A stretch of 64,000 bases of DNA, taken from contig JAYWIR010000028.1 of assembly GCA_036172245.1 (NCBI GenBank), positions 1,116,001-1,180,000 of the forward strand, written 5' to 3'. The stretch is from Raillietiella orientalis. Lineage: Eukaryota. Shown piece after piece: positions 53,101 to 64,000 of the stretch. The position numbers and the translations under genes are program-made. Under the pieces are notes generated by a model, which saw nothing but the letters and a program-made list of their open reading frames with translations, had not been told where the DNA came from and made no database searches. Position 1 is the first letter of the stretch; each line of letters opens with the position of its first letter.

Positions 53101-55464
53101 AAACATCCACTTATAACTGATCAAAAATTATGAAATAAAAATGGATAGAAGGAAATCTGATCCTATCTCTCAGTAATTTGTCCAGTTTTTTCAATCTGCT
53201 TTTGTATTAAGTAACCTCTCTCACAGACGCTAATCATCCCATTAAATAAAAATGGAAAATCAACGTATTGCTACAAATTTTATGATTTACATGAAATATT
53301 TTAAAATGTGAAGCATTTAATTTGAAAATCATTACTGCATACTGATGTAATAAATATAGAGAATGTTTTAAACTTTCAGTAAATAATCGTATGTGTACTG
53401 AAACTAGTATACATATGGTAATTTTTGTTTTCTTGATCATATGTGCAATACTGGAGTATTGAATGTTGATATGAAATACCTCAGTGTGTATCTTAAGTGT
53501 TTCGTACTGGCCGCTTTTTATGCTTGTAGAAGTTATTGAAAGTGACAAAACAAGGGGAATCGAATGTGTGAAAAGAAATTGCCTTTCAGTTTATTGTAGT
53601 TTCATAAGTATAACTGAAAACTTGCTTGCTATATGCATTTATTATGTTTCGTATATACACGAAGATTCATTATGAGGGTATATCACAAGGATCTCAATCA
53701 GGATGCCAATGAAGTATAAAGAGAGCTATATAAATTTTAAAATAAGTTTTACAGTAATTATTTGCATACTATTCTTTAGAATTGCTTATCGTTTTTGTGC
53801 TTTTTTATATCGACCGATATACTGTGGTGATTTCATCAAAACAAAATACTTTTCAGCGTTTCTTGGATCGTTAATTCCTTGTTTCAATAATATACTTGTT
53901 GATTGACTTCTGTATAAATTCTGTGGTTTTTTGAACTTACGTATTATGAGAACTAATACATACTAACATATTGATACGAACACACTCAAGGGGATAATTT
54001 TCTTTATGTTATATATTTTGAGCCGAACTGCAGAATAGCAAAATAAAATAGTAATGTACCTTGACACAATTGTGATCGCTCCCTGAATGCTTGATTGTTT
54101 GGATTTACAGTTTCAAAAAATAAATTCTTGCAATTTTTTAAATCCATAATGAACTTAGTAATTGTATTTCCTGTAATCTGCAAAAAATTCGTAGACTGTG
54201 AAACAATTCTAGCTAAAGAATTGTAAATTTGTAAATAGTTGTTAGTTCAAGAAAGTGATATATTTCATTATAGGATTACCAGTGAAATTTTCTCATGTTG
54301 ACACCTTAATCATGCAGTTGCTCATCTTTGAACAGTACTCATATGTTAAAATTAACAACAAAAACACTTGTGTTGGTTCTTTAATGGTTTGTTGTAACTT
54401 AAACCATAACCTCCTCGGGGAGCAATTTTGTAAGTTACAAATTATATAGACATGTTAACCTTATAACCTTGCATTTGTTTCTGAGTAAAATGTGGTGGAG
54501 ATACAGAAGTCAAACTTCCCATCGTAATTTTTTATCGTACTTTGAGATTATTCTTGCGTAGATATTTATTTTATTTTTGATGTAGTGTAGGATTGTCTGT
54601 GGTAAAAGAAAAAACTAGTTGCTTAGATTACTGACTATATCAATACAATGTTAAGGAATGCTTCATTTGATTTTTGATGTGAAAATAAGGAAGAATTTTT
54701 TTTTTTTTCCAGCAGTTGGATTTTTCATTTTTATGTGCTTCAGAGATTAAGATTGAATATAATTTGTTTTTGAGATTTGATAAATACATAACATTTAACA
54801 ATTTGTTACTGTGTTGAGCAATAGTTCATTTTGATGATTGTGTGAGCATTCTTGTGTCTATGTAGTTGAGTTTACTGTTTGTGTATTTGTATGCTGCTAT
54901 TGTGAAGTTCAAAAATCAGTGCAGTATTATTTACTAGGTTTGTGCCTGTTAATTATTTATAGAATGTGCTTTGATTTTTTGACAATTGGTGAAGTCCATC
55001 ATGAAATACTCTTGAAAGCATCTTGATATAAAATAAAACATATCATCCAAGATGTGCTTTAATGATGGTTTTCTAAAGGCTAAAATTATTTGCTTCATTC
55101 ACCATGTTTATACCAAGTATGTATAAGGTTGTTTATTCCATTTAATATAGGGACAACTGTTTCTGTATATTGAAAAAAAAAAAAAAAACATTCATTTGCC
55201 TACTGTATTAATTTTTTTTTTTTTATGGCAACTGCATATTTTAAGTCATATTTTGTATCAAGTTTTCTTTATAGTATAGCTGTGAAGAAGTTATTTTTCA
55301 AGTTGCCAATACTTGTTTTTTATGCTAATAATTTTTTTTCAATGTGCAGGATTCGTACTCTTGGATATGTTCTGCCCTGTTGAGAGTGCTTCAGTAATCC
55401 AAAATAAAACAAAACAAATTACGTTTCAAGTTGATAAGTACTCGGATTTACTGTAAGATTTTCA

Positions 55465-58446
55465 ATGGTTGAAAAGAAAATGAAAGTTGTAGATGAAGTT
55501 CAGTATGTGCAAGTAAGATTCATTTCTTTAAGAATAGCAAAATTTATTTTTTGGAGAGTGATAATTCAAGGTGAATCTGTTTTCACAGGCAGCTATTCAG
55601 CATTGTTTGGATAACTTTGATTATCGTGATGCTACAATCTTAGCTGAACTTTTGCTTGCCGAAGGTAATACAAAAGCTGTAAAAGTGATTATGTAGTCAT
55701 GACAATATAAATAGTTGACTGTGAAGAACATGTGCTTTTGTTGGCTACTTGTTACTTCCAAGCCGGACTTGTGGGTAAAGCCTATCATCTACTAAAAGTG
55801 AGAGGCTGCCAGACAGCTGGAAGCAAGTTCTTGATGGCTAAGTGCTGTTATCAATTGGATAAGTTAGGTGCTTGGTTACTAATGATTTCAACAAATTTGT
55901 ACACCTCAGATTGCATGAAGCTGAAGCAATATTGAATGGGGGTAGCATTTTGAAAGTGCGCACCTTAGATGATGTTATCATTGAATTTGGTTCCTATGCA
56001 CCTTTTGCCATGCAGTTGTTGGCTAAAATTTGCCAACAGACAGAACGCAAGAGCAAAGCAAGTGAATTTTATCATCGATCCTTGAAGTTGAATCCTTTTT
56101 TGTGGACATCATATGAGGCACTATGTTATTTGGGAGATAAAGTTGATGCTGCCAATATTTTCCAATTGAATCAAGATGCTGATAGTTTTCAATTGTGTTT
56201 TGGAAGTGGAACAGAAAGAAATCTTGCAAAAATGGGATTTCTTACTCACACCAAGTAAAAGTATATAAGCATCTGCATTTTGTAAATACTTATTCTAGTA
56301 CCCCTGATCAACCGGTTGTTTTGAATTCCAATAATTGGATCCCTGGCAAAGTTACGCCGGAATTGGGTTCTTTAGTCCAACCTCCTGTGATTTCTTCAAA
56401 CCATTTGCCACGCAAATTTACGCAATTGCGTTACAAGAGTATTTTTGGTCAAAGTGAACATTTTAGTCCTTTTACTCCAAGGTAAAAGTGTGTGAATAAA
56501 GTTCATTAAAAATTATATTGTGCATTAGTCTAGGTGTGATGCCATTAGACGCACCTAGTCCTTTGCCCATTATGGGAACACATCAGTCAGCACACCCCAA
56601 TGTTACTCATGGTCCTTCTTTATTTAACCATAAAAAGGTTTGAATCAATTGTGTTGCATTTTGAAATGAACTGAATATTTCTGCAGTTTGAGCGGAAAGA
56701 TGTTTTGCAGCAGCCAAATAAAGGCGCTGTTTTTGGTTCCTGTGGAAATATTGGCAATACTTTAAGTGTAGTGCAGTCTCCAGGAATTCCCTCGTCTCCA
56801 GTATTAACACCACAAAATGTGCGGAGAAGCTCCAGACTGTTTGCATCCAGTAATTCTGTTAAGGTATAAATATTGTTTCAGAGAATGCAAAATATGCTGT
56901 GCCTTTCAGGAGAACAGTAAAACTCCCAATAAAAAGTTTCCACCCAAGGCAGTTGGTCGTAAAATCAGATCTCGTGCCAAAATGGTACTGAATCAAAGTC
57001 CACTCAACGAACTTACTAGTAAAGAAATGAGACAAGAAGTTGTGGCGAAAACATTGACCTCTTCAAAGGAGTTTGCTCTACCCCAGAGTTGCCTTCGTAA
57101 ATTATGGAAAGTACCAGATATCAGCCAAGATGCAGCATCACATTTTATGACAAATTGGTTGATGGAACTTTTGAAAATTATGGGTGCTGCCTTGTTCCAG
57201 TTGGCACAGTATAATTGTCAACGTGCCTTGGATATCTTGTCCACTCTTCCAGCGTGTCACTCTAACACCATTTGGACATTAGAGCACTTGGGCCGAGCTT
57301 ATTTTGAATTGGCAGAATACAAAGAAGCTGTCAGGTACAACAGGAATTTTTTGAATGGAGTGCTTATATTTCTTAGGATCTACCATGAGCTTTTGCAAAT
57401 ATGTCCTTTCCATTTGGGAGGCATGGAACTGTATTCTACTGCACTCTGGCATTTACAGCGAGAAGTAGCACTGTCCGCCTTGGCCCATAATTTAGTTCAG
57501 CATGATCGACTAGCCCCCCAAACCTGGTGTGCCATGGGCAATTGTTTTTCTCTCCAGAAAGAACATGAGACAGCAATTCGCTTTTTTCAGCGTGCTACCC
57601 AAGTGGATCCTCGTTTTACATATGCTCATACGCTCCTAGGACACGAATATGCATGTACTGAGGATCTAGAGAAAGCCATGAGTTGCTTCCGCACAGCTGT
57701 ACTTCTTGATCCACGTCATTATAATGCTTGGTAATTAGAAAGAAAACCTGTGTGTGTTATATACTGATTTTGTAGGTATGGAATTGGTATGATCTATTAC
57801 AAACAAGAATGTTATAGCATAGCTGAGGTCTTTTTTAAAAAAGCCTTGTCGATCTATCCTCTTAGCACATCACTAATGTGTCATGTGGGTGTGGTAAGTG
57901 TTTGTGAGTATCTCTCAAATCATGCTCTAGCTTTATACAGGTTCAATATCATCAGCAAAAAATGGATGAGGCCTTGGCAACTCTCAACCATGCTTTAACC
58001 ATACAGCCACAGAACTTGCTATGCCAATTTCATCATGCTAGCATTGCATTCCATTGTGAACGATATGAAGTGGCACTGGCTGAACTGCAGCAACTGCAAG
58101 AGGCGGTGCCCCGTGAATCCCTTGTTTATTTCCTTATGGGCAAAGTGCATAAGAAGCTGGGTAATACTCATTTGGCACTCATGAATTTTTCGTGGGCTAT
58201 GGACTTGGATCCCAAGGGAGCCAACAGTTACATTAAAGAAGGTATTGATCCTGCCTTAAACAGATTTGGTAACGAAGATGAATTAAATCCCTGTCTGAGA
58301 GGGTTAGAAATTGGTATGTAGAACATACATAAAGAATTTATTATGCTTTCATAGGGGCTTTGGATGCAAACATGGATGTACAAGGTAATGGATCACAGGA
58401 CTCCTTCCATTTATCCCATTATTCTGAAAATGATGAATCACTCTGA
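55465..58446 (+). CDS. CDC27: Anaphase-promoting complex subunit 3 / cell division cycle 27 (TPR protein)
   Basis: Exons 55465-55512, 55589-55664, 55715-55862, 55910-56254, 56299-56481, 56529-56637, 56687-56863, 56910-57334, 57377-57730, 57776-57893, 57941-58313 and 58355-58446. Motifs LLATCY, LNPFLW, VRRSSRLF, GNCFSLQKEHETAI, YAHTLLGHEY, DPRHYNAWYG and ALMNFSWAMDLDPKG. Confidence 0.97.
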
Positions 58447-58512
58447 GAGTTGACCAGCTATGTTGTTAAGTTAGGAGCAGCGTGGCCACATGTAATGTCA
58501 TCATCCAATCCT

Positions 58513-60285
58513 TCACTTTCCTGTCTGGAACATGATGAGTCTGACCAAAGAGCATCTATCCAGTTCAGCTATGCTGCTCTCATAACCTACCGGAAATTAA
58601 TGGTTTTGGCTGCCAACAGTCGATTGCATTCAGCTGAGTCACGTAATGGCAGAAGCTGATAGCTGGTTTCACAACTGTCTTCACTGAACTCATGTGAATA
58701 AATCTTGGGTTCCATGGCCACATCTCCAAAGGGTCCATGCAGGGTCAAATATTGCACCTTGATTGGTGTGCTATTTTTAGTCTTGAGAATAATCTGCAGG
58801 AAACTAGTGGATGGTGCTTGTAATAAGTCATGTTACCTGATAAGTCATATTACGCTCACAGCTCTGGGTAGGATCCCTCTGGCTATCATTAATACGTGCC
58901 TTAGCAGCCCATTGCTGACCAAAGGCAGAAAATCTGCTGGTTTCATAAAAAAGCTTTTGAATAAAATCATCGGTTCGATATGGCTTTAACTGCAAATCTG
59001 AAAAGACATCAGTCTTTTCTGGATACTTCTCACTCACGCACCCAGAAGTGAAATCTTCTCTGCAGAAAGCAGCTCAAATATGGAGTCATTTAAGTACCTT
59101 TCCTCATTTAGCTTGGCATCAATGAAAACTAGAGCATCCATGATTTCTGCACCGGATTTGCAAGGATGTGGGCATAGTTGTTCATGGTGATTGACTTCAT
59201 GGAAAGGTCCTTTCCAAGGACATCCAATTCGACTGTACTTGCATTGGCATGGTCTGCATGTTCAAAAAGACGTATAAACTTTGGCAACTTAATGGAGAAA
59301 ACTATAAAATCTTGGTCAAGCTATTTAACTGCCATGTGTAACTGAATGCTACGAAATTTAAAAAATGCTAACTTTTAAAGAATCGGAATATACCAGACGT
59401 TAATTAGTTAGTTACTGTAAAAATTATGGTCGTTTGCAATCCAACAGGGGTCAAAAGCATGAAATAACGTTTGCTTTAGGACCTTTCGCTGACTTTCTGC
59501 CAATGAAAGTATCTCATGGCTGGAAAAGCAACAAGGAAGTGCATCCTTGAATTTTTTCGGAGTGGTTCAACAAGAACCAGTTTCATGTTACGCAACAAAC
59601 CAGAAACAGCAAAGTCATCTTTGATAATAGCTAGCTTAATTACTGCTTAGAACTCGATCAATGAAACTGGGAACTGCCACCTGCACAACAACCTTGTGCA
59701 CCAACAATTTGTCCTACCTTTCCGAACAGAATTCTTTTTGGTGAGTACTCAGTAAGTTCCTCGGATACTCAACGCCGCAAAACTGACATCCAGCTGGGAG
59801 TTCACTTATGGCTTTTTCTACTGCAAGATTTCTTGAGGCCTGACTTCTGCTTATTTCCACACGACAATTTGGGCATGTTGCTGTTTCGTCTCGCAGTCTT
59901 GCATCAGCCAATAAATGGGTAAAACAACCTGCACACATCAAATGTCCATTGGTACACTATAAAAAAACATTGCAAAAATATGAAATTGTTTGGTCTTACA
60001 ACAGCAAACACATGTAATAATTGCGACTAGAAGCATAAATGAATGCTAACAAAAGCTCTTGAACACATGCATAAAAGTAAATACCTGGTAAACTGCAGCA
60101 CGGGGAAGATCCAAACAGACGGCACAGCAAAGGATACCTCCCAAACGGAGTTCCAATTTTTCCTGGCCTTTGGAAGTTGCATCCGATTTCAGTCTTTTAT
60201 TTGCAGGTTCTTCACATTCATCTTCAGTTTTTTTTTCTATTATTTCATGTTCGTTCGTACTTGAAGAAAATCCATCCTCTTCCAT
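58513..60285 (-). CDS. CYHR1: Cysteine and histidine-rich protein 1 (RING/TRAF-type zinc finger, ZFTRAF1)
   Basis: Exons 60285-60085, 59956-59718, 59253-59042, 58997-58837, 58793-58591 and 58540-58513. Motifs [69 protein letters not shown] and the C-terminal RLIMFQ. Confidence 0.95.
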
Positions 60286-60399
60286 TTGGAGTTCTTTTTT
60301 CTTCTACAAAAGTTCCCGTATCCAAGCAAACCTCTAAAATTGTTTTGGAATTTAATATTTGCGTCACAAAACAGCTGATGATAGTAACCCCTCCCATAA

Positions 60400-61700
60400 A
60401 TTGTGATACTGCGCTGTTTTCATTGTCCTGCTATTCAACATGACGTCACATTAAGCATGCGCGATTCCAACTAACGCCAATGTCGCGTAAATGCATGAGG
60501 GCGAGTAGGTCGCGGGTGCGTAGAGTTTGCGTGTTTGGGAGAACGGCTTTTGCTTACGCACCGAAATTATGCCAACCTTACGGTTTTTCGAAGTGGGTTT
60601 TCAAAACAAACAAACGAACGAATTCTTCGGAACCGTTCGTTTTCGGGCTGGGAAGAAGTCAATTGGGTATGTCAACACGGAGAAATAAGGCGGCACGATA
60701 CACAGAGTGCTGAAGTATATCACAGAACGTATCTTTTTTTTTCCACAAGTTATTTGGTGCGCGTGTTGCGCAAGCGATCCCGTTTTGTAGATTGGGTTCG
60801 TCACCCTTGTTCCCGGGTACACGAATTGCGCGTCCGTTTCCTTTAATTCGTGTGCTGATGCGTTTCGGACGATCCCGCTGTGTGTTTTGCTAACGAGAAA
60901 CCCGCTGTTTTGTTTGGGAGTGTTTACTGCCTGCTAATCCCACGAGGCAGTGCGCAGGGATGCCGTTTCTGGGAAAGGCACGGGGACTGTTCCCCCCCCC
61001 TGCTTTCCACTGGGGGTTCGGATCGCAAATTTCGCAAGCCACGAGTTGGATCTTCATCCTGCCATGCGTGGTTTCGCACCCCGGAAGCACCGGAGGGTCT
61101 TCCTCGCCAAGCGTCCGAGCCACCACCGCATCCGAAGCCTTTATTTGAATTTTGCATTTCTGCACACGGGGGTGGGTGGGTGGGGTGATGATGGTTTGAT
61201 GAGTTCCCCACTTGGCTGCTTGGTCAGTGTTCCGGGAGTCGTGCACTTTTTTCTCGAATTCTGAAGTCCCTCCCCTTAAAGCACAAAACTCGCAGCATTT
61301 TTGCTTTGGGCTGCTCGCTCCACAAGTGGTCACTTCCGCTGCAACTCGACTGTTCCCTTCCACCTTCCTTCTTGTCTCGTGGTCATCCCGTTGTTCGCCT
61401 CGTTTTCTGATTGCCTCAGAGCTGGAAAAGCTACTCCCCGCTTTCCGGTGAATTTTACATTTCGATTTTTCCGCAAGGGATGTCTTCATTGTCCGGTATT
61501 TTTTTCTGAAAATTTTCCTTCCGGAGTCGCACGTCCGAAGGCCCTTTTCCACATTTCTCGTCAGGTTTCTCTATTTCTCGCTCGTCTGGGGTCGTCAGAA
61601 AGACAGCAGGTAGCTGAACAGAAGATTCCTCATCCCTGCCAAGTTTTTTCCGGATGCATCTCACGATCTGTTTCTGATACGTGTTAGTAATAATGATGGT
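60400..61700. promoter_or_regulatory. CpG-rich promoter region of CYHR1, probably shared with a plus-strand gene extending beyond the window
   Basis: Sharp CpG rise upstream of the CYHR1 ATG; perfect CRE palindrome TGACGTCA at 60441-60448; partial NRF1-like GCATGCGC at ~60455; plus-strand donor-like sites at ~60667 and ~61790. Confidence 0.5.
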
Positions 61701-64000
61701 CACGTACGTACATGATAAACGTGTGTGCATCGTGTGTATGTAAGCACGCATACGTATGCACACTTGTATGTACATGTAGGTGCACGCAGGTAATGGTGGA
61801 AGGCTTGTACTCTTTTGAAAGGAGAGCCAATGCCTACTGAAGAGGCATGAAAATCAGCAACTTCCGTCAATCAATATTTCATTTGACGGGACCCATTGGA
61901 TCGACGGTTCATATTGTATTCCTTAGCACATAATTTTTCCTATAAATTCAAGAGAATGTTGCTTTCCCCATTGTTTTATAGTATTTAATTTGCATATTTC
62001 AAGTCGGACAGATGTTCAGTTTCGTCAAGAATAGCTACTAACAGATATTAGGTAACGGCAATTTTTTCATCAATAAATTTCACCATCATTTCACTAAATA
62101 CATTACACTCGGCCTATTATGCAATATTTATAACAGTATCTTCGATAGAGTTGAAAATACGTTTTGATTTATGAATGCCATAAATGTGCAGAATGCTAAT
62201 GTTAGGTGTTCTTTATGATATCAGTAAGTCACTCAGCACTCCAAACATTGATGGCATTACGAGGACATGACATCATCACTTAGGATGTTGGTCCTGCTCT
62301 CTCTGCTCATTCTAACGGTCAATTTGGGGAGGGTACATTTTCTTGCGTCCACCCATGGCAATTCTGGTGGTACTGTTTTTTTCCCCACTTCAGAATACAA
62401 AAGCCTCTGTGATCTGTGACTTTCCCAGATGTCTCCGATTTCTCTCCATTCGGTGCTCTGAAGGCCTAATGTGGCAAACACGCATCTCCGTGTTTGGCAT
62501 GTGGTCGACAGAAAGAAAAAAAAAAAAAAAAAAAAAAGGAAAATTCCTTGCTGATGCGAGTGCCTTTGGTCCTCTGTGTCTCGTGGACTCTTTCTCTGCA
62601 ACGTTTTCCTTGATGCTGATCTCCAATAGGATCTCAATGGATGCAGCGATGTGCCTGGCGTGTAATCACACACACACACACACACATACACAGACTGCAC
62701 GCGTTTGCTAATGATTCCGAATACTTGGCGAGCTGTTTGTGATTAAAGAAAAAAGCCAAAACAAAAAGCAGAATGAGGGTCAAATCAGTTTGTTTCCGAC
62801 CTTAAGTGAAATTACAAATGCAACTATGTGGGGGTGGGGGAGGATATGTTTACCAGAATACGTTTCCATGCAATAAGTTATTGCTTGCGAGTCGCCTGAT
62901 GAGCGGCAGTAAGGTACAACAGAATAATTCGCCTGTTATTAATGTTTAATGAGAGACAGGAAGAATAGAGTTGTCGCAAGAAGAGTTCATTCAATCTTGA
63001 GCTTGCAAGCATGTGAGTATTTATTCGGGATTCTGCACGCATGCGATGATGTTTGCAGCTCAGGCTCAAATGGCGTATGCGAGCCTTGAGCGAGAGTAAA
63101 AGAAAGAAAGGAAACAAACAAACAGAAAAAAGCTCTGCGATTTGGGTGCAGCTAAATAGGTTAGGGCCTCGGTAGAGTGTGACCGTCGAGCGTGAAGTTG
63201 TTGGCTGTTTCTGTCCACTAACAGCAGGCAGGAATCTGGAAGTCGAAATTTGGAGGTCAAGAACGAGCTCGCCGTGTTTTTGTTTACTGCGTGAGGTGGT
63301 CTTCTGGACGAGCACGAATGCTTTGGTGGTGATCGATAAGTGGAGCGTACATATCGCATCATGTGGCCGAGCGCGTACACTGATCATGCAAATCGCGGGT
63401 CCTGTGCTCGAATACACACACACGCACAGCTCCTTTTCTCGCAATGGTGGATACGCATGCCAAGGGCTTCAGAGGAACCCGACTTTCGAGATGATTTTCA
63501 TGACGATCTCGCTCGATCGTCACCAACAGCAAACATGGCAGAACGATGCTGAGGAATCTTCGCGTTTCCAGCGTGGCGACTCAGCCGAGTGGATGCTTTT
63601 CGTTTCAACGATTGCCATTCATTTCGGTGTGAATTACCTTACTCATTTCACAATGGAACAGAGTTAAGCTCTTAACACGCAGTTCGTCACATGCAGTTTG
63701 CACCTACAACGGTGCCGCAAAGGACAGAAGCAAACTGTCCACTTATGGCCGCACTTTTGCTCCGCTCTCTCTTCGGCAGTTTTCTAAACGAGTGGCTCCA
63801 GCTGCTCTCTAAAGAACGATGTCCGTCTTAATTCTGCGTATTTCGATCCACATCTCGTATGCCAGTCCGCGAGGGCACGTTGATGATCTGTAGCAGGGCT
63901 GCTGTAAACATCTTATGCACGTTTCAACGCAAAAGGCCAATCAGTTCAAATGAGTGATTAGACTGTCTGGACCGGAAATTCGTCTGGTCTGGCCAGAGGA

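Noticed and set aside
60890..61552. 220-aa minus-strand ORF and other overlapping ORFs at 60.5-63.7 kb
   Set aside because: Multiple overlapping ORFs in GC-rich promoter/intron-like DNA with no domain motifs.
61700..61785. Self-complementary purine-pyrimidine alternating tract (miRNA-like hairpin)
   Set aside because: Pairing is explained by low-complexity RY repeats.
1..64000. CRISPR arrays, tRNA/rRNA genes, prokaryotic operons
   Set aside because: None seen; the DNA is intron-containing eukaryotic sequence.

Overview
This is eukaryotic nuclear DNA from an invertebrate, probably an arthropod. It has a gene-dense layout and very short spliceosomal introns (28 mapped introns of 38-53 nt). 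Seven protein-coding genes were reconstructed by hand: a partial ICE1-like coiled-coil gene (-), the CCR4/CNOT6 deadenylase (+, 14.8-kb intron), an LRR protein with an intronless CDS and a BC-box-like N-terminus (+), EMC8/9 (+), CDKAL1 (-), CDC27 (+) and CYHR1/ZFTRAF1 (-). L1/Tx1-clade LINE fragments and other degraded transposon remnants are also present. Best leads: (1) phase-compatible candidate exons inside the CNOT6 intron, including a first exon encoding a mitochondrial-presequence-like peptide that would give an LRR-less CCR4 isoform; (2) six to seven adjacent hairpins fused to the 5' end of a truncated LINE; (3) CDC27 and CYHR1 stop codons only 66 nt apart, implying overlapping 3' ends. 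Family assignments are from recalled motifs; no searches were run.
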